From: a virus | Strand: one strand, 5' to 3' | Virus genome (UHGV): UHGV-0380619 | DNA length: 10,543 nucleotides | Part shown: in pieces, positions 1 to 5,915 of the stretch | Numbering within the stretch: position 1 is the first letter of the stretch | How the letters are laid out: every line of letters begins with the position of its first letter | The notes under the pieces: generated by a model | Database searches by the model: none | Seen by the model: the letters and a program-made list of their open reading frames with translations, nothing else | Told to the model about the DNA's origin: nothing | Position numbers and translations under genes: made by a program

Positions 1-3
1 CCT

Positions 4-186
4 TCACGATTTCAACGCAATGACCAGTTTTGCCAGCCCATACAGCATCGGGGACACAGCAACACCGACCGCCACCCACTTAATGGCAAAAGCCAGTGCT
101 CTGCTGATGTCATCAGTTACAGGCGCTTTCAGTTCAAGGCCGTTTTTCATAGTCAACCTCAACAGAATTCGTTTATACTTTTCCAT
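4..186 (-). CDS. Small hypothetical protein (about 60 aa) with a hydrophobic C-terminal segment, downstream of the endolysin
   Basis: Complete ORF with stop at 4-6. ATG at 186..184 is preceded by AGGGAG but with only 3-nt spacing. Alternative starts: GTG at 219 (track start) or ATG at 150 preceded by GAGGT. C-terminal stretch AFAIKWVAVGVAVSPMLYGLAKLVIAL is hydrophobic. No family recognised. Confidence 0.3.
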   Translation of the reverse strand: MEKYKRILLRLTMKNGLELKAPVTDDISRALAFAIKWVAVGVAVSPMLYGLAKLVIALKS

Positions 187-220
187 GTTCTCCCTTGCCT
201 TATCCAAGGTCAGAAACACA

Positions 221-253
221 AAACCCCGCTTGCAGCCAACAAACGGGGTTTTT
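221..253. terminator. Putative bidirectional intrinsic terminator between the endolysin and the small ORF
   Basis: Hairpin CCCCGCTTG/CAAACGGGG at 224-248 (9-bp stem, one mismatch, 7-nt loop), flanked by AAAA upstream and TTTTT (249-253) downstream on the plus strand; the minus-strand copy is followed by TTTTGTGTTT. Confidence 0.45.
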
Positions 254-342
254 ACTTTTATTCACTTAGGTTTTGCCAGTTCTCAGGATTTCGTGTTATC
301 CGTCCGCATTAGCCAACGTCATTTTTCAACAAAATATTCTGC

Positions 343-876
343 TTATTTGTCAATTCCCCAGCACGCCAGCGCGCTCTCCTGGTCACGCCGTGAGACCTGT
401 CCATAGCAGTTATTTGAACGAATACGGCAGTCTCTGCCACCGTCCTTAATCCACCAGCGAATCGCCTCACATGCTCCCCTGCGATCGCCAGCATTAATTC
501 GTCTGTAAAACGTCGACGGGAAACACTTACCGGGACCAATGTTGTACGGACAGAATGACGCGATCCCCGCTTTCTGGGGTTCGGTCAATGGCACTTTGAT
601 GTTTTTCTCCACCCATGCCAGCGCCTTATCACGCTCAATGGCGTTAACCCGGTCGCATTTTTCCTTCGACAACTTCATGCCCGGAACGACAGGTTTGCCA
701 TCCACCAGGATGGCACCGCGGCAGATGGTCCAGATACCCGCGCCATCACGGTATGCCGTGGTGTGGTTACCTTCCTTTTCATCCAGAAACTGGTCGAGAA
801 TGTCAGGCGCAGGCGCACCAGCGGCAATCAGCGCCAGAACGGCAGCCGACAGGCCGTATCTGATTTTTGCGTTCAT
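343..876 (-). CDS. R: SAR endolysin (T4-lysozyme-like muramidase, phage 21 R type)
   Basis: 177-aa ORF. N-terminal Gly/Ala-rich weakly hydrophobic signal-anchor-release segment (GLSAAVLALIAAGAPA). Catalytic triad spacing E-8aa-D-5aa-T (EGNHTTAYRD GAGIW T). Strong recalled similarity to P21 R / DLP12 RrrD. Confidence 0.9.
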   Translation of the reverse strand: MNAKIRYGLSAAVLALIAAGAPAPDILDQFLDEKEGNHTTAYRDGAGIWTICRGAILVDGKPVVPGMKLSKEKCDRVNAIERDKALAWVEKNIKVPLTEPQKAGIASFCPYNIGPGKCFPSTFYRRINAGDRRGACEAIRWWIKDGGRDCRIRSNNCYGQVSRRDQESALACWGIDK

Positions 877-981
877 GGATATTTATCAGGATTTATCGGT
901 TTCTGAGCCCTGGATATGTTTATCAGTTCCAGCCTGTTGCCTCAGGCTGCTAACAGGTCAATACAATCATGAGGATTATTT

Positions 982-1107
982 ATGGACAATAACACCATTT
1001 CTCTACAGGAGTTGCTCGACAGCATTTCCAGGCTTCGGGAAGACGTGAATACCCTTACCGTCGCCTTCTCATATCTGGCATTCTCAATTCCAAGGGAACA
1101 GATGTAA
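982..1107 (+). CDS. Candidate small ORF (41 aa) on the opposite strand, between the endolysin and DUF1327 genes
   Basis: ATG at 982 preceded by GAGGA (971-975) at 6-nt spacing; translation MDNNTISLQELLDSISRLREDVNTLTVAFSYLAFSIPREQM; TAA at 1105-1107. Possible sigma70-like promoter upstream (TTGCCT 937-942, TACAAT 962-967). Below the ORF-track size cutoff. Unverified. Confidence 0.2.
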   Translation: MDNNTISLQELLDSISRLREDVNTLTVAFSYLAFSIPREQM

Positions 1108-1219
1108 TCAACGCTGGCATCAATCCAGTTTGAATCATGCAATCCCAAATGGTCTCAGGAACAACAAGACTCTTTCAGGCGGCTTGCTGTATTACTGGAT
1201 GAAAAATATGCTGGTAAAA

Positions 1220-1564
1220 TTACCATTTCGGCGGACTCTTCAGAGAACCCGTAATTATTCCCGGTAGTTTTCCTCTGTAGGTTATCAACACATCCTGCGC
1301 CTCTAAAATTACGGGGCGCTTTTCCGGCGACTGCTCATCCCCTTCACATAACCCGGCAGCAACATCCAGGAAGACCTGTCTGATGCTCCTTCTGGCTGCT
1401 GCCTCATAAAACTCCAGCGCGGCACCTTCAACACGGTCCAGCGAGATGTCCAGGTCAAAAATTTCACCGTCAAAGCGTTTTTTGTCCCGTAACGCTAAAG
1501 TTACCGTAACTTTATTCTCAAAATTGCGGATCCCTTTCACAATCAGTTCATAGTTTTGAGTCAT
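1220..1564 (-). CDS. DUF1327-family protein (YdfR-like) inserted between holin and endolysin
   Basis: 114-aa ORF. ATG at 1564 lies 4 nt after the holin stop and is preceded by GGGGAGAG. Translation MTQNYELIVKGIRNFENKVTVTLAL... resembles my recollection of YdfR, which sits between essQ and rrrQ in Qin. Family assignment is from memory. Confidence 0.6.
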   Translation of the reverse strand: MTQNYELIVKGIRNFENKVTVTLALRDKKRFDGEIFDLDISLDRVEGAALEFYEAAARRSIRQVFLDVAAGLCEGDEQSPEKRPVILEAQDVLITYRGKLPGIITGSLKSPPKW

Positions 1565-1568
1565 TGAA

Positions 1569-1784
1569 TTACTCTCCCCGTGCAGCCTTACGCTTGTCTT
1601 CTCTGATTTTGAAGTACAGATTTGTCAGATAAGTCAGGAAGCCCAGAACCAGACTCCCCAGTACACCAATCGCAGCCCACTGTGACGGACTGACCTGATC
1701 AAGCCACTGTAAAAACCAGTAGCCAGCACTGCCTGCGGAGGTGCCGTAGGCAATGCCCGTTGAAATTTTGTCCATGGATTTCAT
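1569..1784 (-). CDS. S: Class II pinholin (phage 21 S21 type, 71 aa) with dual-start motif
   Basis: Translation [71 protein letters not shown] is near-identical in pattern to S21/EssD as recalled. Dual start Met1-Lys-Ser-Met4. Strong SD GGAGGTGA upstream of ATG at 1784. Two transmembrane segments. Confidence 0.85.
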   Translation of the reverse strand: MKSMDKISTGIAYGTSAGSAGYWFLQWLDQVSPSQWAAIGVLGSLVLGFLTYLTNLYFKIREDKRKAARGE

Positions 1785-1921
1785 AGCCTCACCTCCGCAG
1801 CGAACGGATGGCGTAGTTATAAGGGGAGCGAAAAAGAAAGAATGCGCGATTGCGCAATATGGTAACGTCAGGGTATTATCCACTGGCTGAATAGATCACT
1901 TCACGTTTTTTGTTCCTTGCC

Positions 1922-1949
1922 GCCCGTATCCATATGCGGGCTTTTTTTT
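1922..1949 (+). terminator. Plus-strand intrinsic terminator (hairpin plus T8)
   Basis: GCCCGTAT..ATGCGGGC hairpin at 1922-1941 followed by eight T at 1942-1949 on the plus strand. Confidence 0.45.
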
Positions 1950-1955
1950 GCATGT

Positions 1956-1985
1956 AAAAAGGCCCCAACACATGTGCGTGGGGCC
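1956..1985 (-). terminator. Minus-strand intrinsic terminator upstream of the holin gene
   Basis: Hairpin GGCCCCA...TGGGGCC at 1961-1985. On the minus strand it is followed by UUUUU (plus-strand A run at 1956-1960). Confidence 0.5.
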
Positions 1986-2185
1986 TGAGAGTATACATGG
2001 TTTCAGTCAACTGCATGGTGCCGGGTGCCTCCCGGTGAATTCAGTACCAGCACCTGAATCCGCGATTATCCCATATACCTACTCGCTGATTGCCCATCCG
2101 CACAGGGGGATTCACCATGCCAGTTTCTTTTAACAAACTCCCCGCAAAACAGACAACTGTCAACCGTCTGAATTGTGAGACATTT

Positions 2186-2211
2186 AAAAAAAAGGCCCGC
2201 AAAAGCGAGCC
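2186..2211 (-). terminator. Minus-strand intrinsic terminator immediately 3' of the tRNA cluster
   Basis: On the minus strand: GGCUCGC-UUUU-GCGGGCC (7-bp stem with one G.U, 4-nt loop) followed by U8 (plus-strand A8 at 2186-2193). Confidence 0.45.
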
Positions 2212-2225
2212 GGGAAAAATAAGTC

Positions 2226-2302
2226 TGGCGCGTTGTACTGGATTCGAACCAGTGACCGATTGCTTAGAAGGCAATTGCTCTGTCCGGTTGAGCTAACAAC
2301 GC
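2226..2302 (-). tRNA. tRNA-Arg (anticodon UCU)
   Basis: Reverse complement folds as a cloverleaf: acceptor GCGTTGT/ACAACGC, anticodon stem ATTGC/GCAAT with loop CTTCTAA (anticodon TCT), T-arm ACTGG-TTCGAAT-CCAGT, 3' GCCA. Confidence 0.9.
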
Positions 2303-2315
2303 AGGGTACAGATAA

Positions 2316-2392
2316 TGGACCGCCATCGAGGACTCGAACCCCGCGCAACCAGCTTCGAAGGCTGGTGCTCTATCCTGATGAGCTAATGGCGG
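2316..2392 (-). tRNA. tRNA-Arg (anticodon UCG)
   Basis: Reverse complement: acceptor CCGCCAT/ATGGCGG, D-arm GCTC..GAGC, anticodon stem CCAGC/GCTGG with loop CTTCGAA (anticodon TCG), T-loop TTCGAGT, 3' TCCA. Confidence 0.85.
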
Positions 2393-2399
2393 TATGTGA

Positions 2400-2475
2400 T
2401 GGTGGCCCTTGCTGGATTTGAACCAGCGACCTGGCGATTATGAGTCGCTCGCTCTCACCACTGAGCTAAAGGGCC
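2400..2475 (-). tRNA. tRNA-Ile2 (anticodon CAU, lysidine type; alternatively tRNA-Met)
   Basis: Reverse complement GGCCCTTTAGCTCAGTGGTGAGAGCGAGCGACTCATAATCGCCAGGTCGCTGGTTCAAATCCAGCAAGGGCCACCA: anticodon loop CTCATAA, T-arm GCTGG-TTCAAAT-CCAGC. Closely resembles E. coli ileX as recalled. Confidence 0.85.
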
Positions 2476-2515
2476 GGGAGCCGCATAATAACGACGCGTA
2501 ATTAATTCTTCAATA

Positions 2516-2794
2516 TCATCCGTTCTGGCTGACTAAATCCTGTACTTCCCGAACCGTCTGCTCAAAACGTTCAGTCTCCAGCTCAACGCCAATTGCACGA
2601 CGCCCGAGCGCCAGTGCCGCTTTCACTGTCGAACCCGACCCCATGAAAAAATCTGCAATCAGGTCACCCGGACGACTGCTAGCGCTGATTATCTGCTGCA
2701 GCATTTCTGCCGGTTTTTCGCACGGATGTTTCCCGGGATAGAACTGCACCGGTTTATGCGTCCAGACATCGGTATACGGCACCTGCGCCGTCAC
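2516..2794 (-). pseudogene. Truncated N6/N4 DNA methyltransferase remnant (C-terminal portion only)
   Basis: Translation carries the C-terminal AdoMet-binding motif region (DLIADFFMGSGSTVKAALALGRRAIGVELE). No DPPY-containing N-terminal half; the reading frame closes at a stop at 2876-2878 and the first candidate start is GTG at 2794. Confidence 0.7.
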
Positions 2795-2852
2795 GCCAAA
2801 ATACCGCCGCAGTCGGCATTCACAACCACCAGCGCATTTAACGTTCAGCCAT

Positions 2853-2877
2853 AAAAAAACCCGCTCGCGGCGGGTTT
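2853..2877 (-). terminator. tR'-like intrinsic terminator downstream of Q
   Basis: On the minus strand: AAACCCGC-CGCGA-GCGGGUUU hairpin followed by U7 (plus-strand A7 at 2853-2859, hairpin 2860-2874). Confidence 0.55.
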
Positions 2878-2945
2878 AAGCTGTGTGGCGAAGTAACCAC
2901 TCTTAACATACTGACATACTTTTTGCGGACCGCACTAATCATTTT
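2878..2945 (-). promoter_or_regulatory. Candidate late promoter / Q-utilisation region (pR'-qut-like), position inferred
   Basis: Directly downstream of the Q stop. On the minus strand there are tandem -10-like hexamers TATGTC and TATGTT (plus-strand direct repeat ACATACT-G-ACATACT at 2906-2920), followed about 40 nt later by the terminator. No convincing -35 found. Confidence 0.25.
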
Positions 2946-3326
2946 TTACTTTTTTAGCAGCCAGTCGTCCATCTCCAGTCTTACCCCCAGCACAGACAAA
3001 CATCCGTCAATAAACCCTTCGGCTATCTGCATCTCAATTCGTATTGCTTTTTCGCTTTTCTTTCTCGTCCTGGCTATCTGTCTTTTTGATATTCGCAACA
3101 AATAATGAGCAATGAGAAGCGAATACTCCTCAGGTTTTTTCTGCTTCAGACGAGCAAGACAGTTTTCAATGATAAGTCCGTCATCATCGCAGCAGGCCGG
3201 ACGTGGTTTAGTGGCAGATGGTAAAAGTCCTTTGAATCCGGCAGCGATCGGAGAATAGTCCACCCCGGTGTTACCACTTGCAGCCCATGCCCCCCAGCGT
3301 TCAAGAACCATCTGAATATCACGCAT
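2946..3326 (-). CDS. Q: Late-gene antiterminator Q (phage 82/21 / QuuD-like family)
   Basis: ATG at 3326 (MRDIQMVLERWGAWAA...) preceded by GGAGAAAG; the track's upstream start at 3341 is TTG. Cys-rich motif ACCDDDGLIIENC. Position immediately upstream of the tR'-like terminator and late region. Confidence 0.8.
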   Translation of the reverse strand: MRDIQMVLERWGAWAASGNTGVDYSPIAAGFKGLLPSATKPRPACCDDDGLIIENCLARLKQKKPEEYSLLIAHYLLRISKRQIARTRKKSEKAIRIEMQIAEGFIDGCLSVLGVRLEMDDWLLKK

Positions 3327-3343
3327 CAACTTTCTCCACAAAA

Positions 3344-4339
3344 TCAGGCCAGCACGCCAATTGCCAGCGCACGATCGATAAAACGAAATATCAGCTCCAG
3401 CTGGGAGCCATACTTCTCTTCAAATGCCACGGTATCCGCATGCAGCTCGTCGTGATGCTTTCTGCACAAAGGCAACACAAAGAGGTCATGCGCTTTTGTA
3501 CCCATTCCCCCCTGACCGTGGCCTATCAGGTGGTGGGGATCATCAGCTGGCTTTCCACAACATGCACACGGCTGTGTCTTAACCCAGCGCGTGTACTTTT
3601 CATTAACCCAGCGGCGACGTTTTGGGCGTAACATAAAAGACTCCGGCGACTCCGGATCCACTTTCAGCGCCAGCACCTTTTTCGCTTTATCCTGGATAAT
3701 GCTGGTGGCAGGAACCGAAGGAACAAGGTCACTCTCCCGGGTGACAGACGGCACAACAGGCTTCGGTAATCTCAGTGCCTTACGGGCTGCACTTTCCGGT
3801 AAGGCATCCGCCAGGTCATTACGAATCAGCCACCAGCACAGTTCCGGCATTGTCACAACGTGACTGTCATCAAAACCGAGATCACGGCGCACAACAGATA
3901 ACACCCAGCGGGCACAGTTATCCGTTGCCATTGATTCCAGCCGTTCCGTGAACTGATCGCGCAACTGGTTATCGCAGTGCCAGCACAGACGGATTGCGCC
4001 CGGAGCGTGCCGCATTGTGGTCATGTTCTCGCTGTGCCAGTCGGAATGAGGCCACTGGCAGCCTTTTTCACGAAGTAACCAGCTTTCAAGACATTCCACG
4101 CCACCAGCACGACGGATCACTGCCTCATTGCGGAACACGGCCCGAACGGCAGGATCATCCGCCAGCGGTTGTGATGCCGCCGGAACGGCACCACTGGCGA
4201 AAGATGAATAACGCTCCGGCTCAGGCTCCAGCAGGACACGCCCCTGCATAAACAGGGGCATCAGCTCTGAACCTGGCCTGAACAATACGATCCCCATACG
4301 CGGGGCAATTTCAGGGGTCAGTAGTGCTCTCACAGTCAC
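3344..4339 (-). CDS. DUF968-family phage protein with HNH-like Cys/His motif (YdfU-like)
   Basis: 331-aa ORF. C-terminal CACCGKPADDPHHLIGHGQGGMGTKAHDLFVLPLCRKHHDELH motif. Sits immediately upstream of Q as ydfU does in Qin. Start uncertain: the first codon at 4339 is GTG; internal ATGs are possible. Confidence 0.7.
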   Translation of the reverse strand: MTVRALLTPEIAPRMGIVLFRPGSELMPLFMQGRVLLEPEPERYSSFASGAVPAASQPLADDPAVRAVFRNEAVIRRAGGVECLESWLLREKGCQWPHSDWHSENMTTMRHAPGAIRLCWHCDNQLRDQFTERLESMATDNCARWVLSVVRRDLGFDDSHVVTMPELCWWLIRNDLADALPESAARKALRLPKPVVPSVTRESDLVPSVPATSIIQDKAKKVLALKVDPESPESFMLRPKRRRWVNEKYTRWVKTQPCACCGKPADDPHHLIGHGQGGMGTKAHDLFVLPLCRKHHDELHADTVAFEEKYGSQLELIFRFIDRALAIGVLA

Positions 4340-4340
4340 C

Positions 4341-5183
4341 TCAATGAACGGTATCGAGCAGCTTTAACAGCTCAGGAAATCGGGATTCGAAGAAATGCGG
4401 CTGCGTCTCGCGCGGATTTGCAGGACTGGTGATGTTCTTGCCGAACATGCAGCCTTTCGCCGTCAGCGACCAGAATTTTTTGATGTTGTTAATCGCGGTA
4501 CGGCTGTATCGTTCGCGTTGTTCAACGATCCCCAGCTTCACCATCTGGTGATATGCCTGATTAGCCGTCAGGCGGATACCATACTGTTTCAGCAGTGCAC
4601 TCAGCGACAGCGTGGGGCGACTTGAGCCATCAGGCGCGTCAGCAGGAGCATCAATGGCATAGCGCGGTGCCAGATTCGGTAAGCCAACAGCCTCCTGAAG
4701 CTTCTGACAGGCTCCAAGCACTGATGAGTTAGACAGGTTTAATTCCCGGCGCATAAAGTCCAGCAGGATCACGCCAGCCTGCATCTTGTCAGCAGCCTGC
4801 CCGGATAATTTTTCCGGTGTGCTGGTTACCATATCGAAAGTACGGATCACCTTCAGATGGAATGACGGGCTGATCCACATTGCATAGGCATACACCAGTT
4901 CATTGCAGACATACGTTCCTCCATTCCGCCCTTCTATTTTACTTACTGGTTTACTACCCAAATTTTGGGTAGTTTCATTGAATGAACCGACACCCAAATT
5001 TTGGGTATCGATCAATTCCTGAACCAGCTCAGTAATCTGTTGGCTGGAAAGAAACTTTCCCGGCTCCTTAGTTCTGGCATTTGCACCAGATGCAACAGCA
5101 GCCCGATGCAGATCGTTCAGGCTGTAACGCCCATAAGCATCACGACGAACTTCAATACCATCAATGACCATCAGATTATTCAT
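4341..5183 (-). CDS. KilA-N domain protein with KilAC/ANT-like C-terminal domain (antirepressor-like)
   Basis: ATG at 5183 (MNNLMVIDGIEVRRDAYGRYSLNDLHRAA...) preceded by GAGGAG. N-terminal KilA-N-like region and C-terminal antirepressor-like region, joined by a linker encoded by the palindromic repeats. Confidence 0.75.
   Translation of the reverse strand: MNNLMVIDGIEVRRDAYGRYSLNDLHRAAVASGANARTKEPGKFLSSQQITELVQELIDTQNLGVGSFNETTQNLGSKPVSKIEGRNGGTYVCNELVYAYAMWISPSFHLKVIRTFDMVTSTPEKLSGQAADKMQAGVILLDFMRRELNLSNSSVLGACQKLQEAVGLPNLAPRYAIDAPADAPDGSSRPTLSLSALLKQYGIRLTANQAYHQMVKLGIVEQRERYSRTAINNIKKFWSLTAKGCMFGKNITSPANPRETQPHFFESRFPELLKLLDTVH
4955..5008. repeat. Two copies of a 16-bp element ACCCAAATTTTGGGTA, each an inverted repeat, 36 bp apart, inside the KilA-N gene
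   Basis: Copy 1 at 4956-4971 (extended palindrome TACCCAAA-T-TTTGGGTA at 4955-4971); copy 2 at 4992-5007. They encode the repeated peptide TQNLG in the linker. Confidence 0.8.
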
Positions 5184-5202
5184 ACTTCGTTTCTCCTCTT
5201 GA

Positions 5203-5592
5203 TCAGGCGGCTGCACCCGCCGTTTTCTCGTACTTACTGATAGTGATCTCGACCTTCCCTTCCGGGATAACCGGTCCCCACTCCACCAGCATTCTTTTCA
5301 CCTGGCTGTCGTCTTCCCACACACCCGCGTGGGTCAGGGCGTCAAACAGCGCCTTGTTATAGTTGTCCAGATCGCGGATCCGGTTATCCGGAGGAAACAA
5401 CACGATCTCCACTGAAGCAGGTGCCGACGTTGGTTTCGGCAGACGACGTAACTGCTCAACTATTGCTGTGCACGCCGCACTCTGGAATTTTCGCCCCGCC
5501 GCGCTTATCAGGCTCTTACCAGCAAATGCCCCTTTGTTGGGGTGTCGCCAGTAGGTGTTCACGCTGGGTGGAAAAGGCAGAATCAGCTTCAT
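5203..5592 (-). CDS. rusA: RusA-family Holliday junction resolvase
   Basis: 129-aa ORF MKLILPFPPSVNTYWRH...RDLDNYNKALFDALTHAGVWEDDSQV, matching the RusA motif pattern. The start ATG overlaps the upstream gene's stop (ATGA). Confidence 0.88.
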   Translation of the reverse strand: MKLILPFPPSVNTYWRHPNKGAFAGKSLISAAGRKFQSAACTAIVEQLRRLPKPTSAPASVEIVLFPPDNRIRDLDNYNKALFDALTHAGVWEDDSQVKRMLVEWGPVIPEGKVEITISKYEKTAGAAA

Positions 5593-5915
5593 ACTTTCAG
5601 CCCCCTCTCATGTAACCAGTGGGCTGCACGCAGCCTGGCGTTTTCCTCACCAGCAAGCAGTGCGCGGATAATCCCGGCCACCTCGCTGTCGTCGTCCTTC
5701 ACCGCGGTATGAAGCGTGATGCCCCGGGCCACGCCACGCTTTATCGTGATGACGCCTTTTTTCTCCAGTGCGCGAAGATGCTCCACCGCTGCATTCACTG
5801 AACGGTATCCCAGCATGGTAGCCACCTCCTGATTGGTTGGCGGGAAGCCACGTTCTTTCTGGTAAGAAATCAGCATATCCAGCACCTGCTGCTGGCATTG
5901 AGTTAACGTCGTCAT
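5589..5915 (-). CDS. LexA N-terminal DNA-binding-domain-like protein lacking the S24 peptidase domain
   Basis: From ATG at 5915: MTTLTQCQQQVLDMLISYQKERGFPPTNQEVATMLGYRSVNAAVEHLRALEKKGVITIKRGVARGITL, which aligns by eye with the LexA N-terminus. No Ser/Lys protease domain. Start overlaps the upstream stop (TAATG); stop overlaps the rusA start. Confidence 0.75.
   Translation of the reverse strand: MTTLTQCQQQVLDMLISYQKERGFPPTNQEVATMLGYRSVNAAVEHLRALEKKGVITIKRGVARGITLHTAVKDDDSEVAGIIRALLAGEENARLRAAHWLHERGLKV

Noticed and set aside
539-1048. 169-aa plus-strand ORF antisense to the endolysin
   Set aside because: It lies entirely opposite a confidently identified endolysin gene, and the translation is low-complexity and Ser/Ala/Arg-rich. 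Likely a shadow ORF.
942-1148. 68-aa minus-strand ORF in the endolysin-DUF1327 spacer
   Set aside because: Begins with TTG, has no SD, and the translation is not protein-like. The plus-strand 41-aa ORF with SD is the better (still weak) candidate.
2041-2421. Three ORFs (2041-2274 minus, 2090-2296 plus, 2233-2421 plus) overlapping the tRNA cluster
   Set aside because: They overlap well-folded tRNA genes and have Arg/Cys-rich junk-like translations.
2923-3105. 60-aa plus-strand ORF overlapping the 3' end of Q
   Set aside because: Antisense to the Q gene, with a low-complexity Ser/Phe/Ile-rich translation.
3701-3708. Chi site GCTGGTGG (plus a reverse-orientation copy at 2826-2833)
   Set aside because: One or two occurrences in 10 kb is about chance expectation for E. 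coli-like DNA.
3278-4251. Plus-strand ORFs 3278-3631, 3591-3863 and 3994-4251 antisense to the DUF968 gene
   Set aside because: Shadow ORFs opposite a long coding region with coherent minus-strand codon usage.
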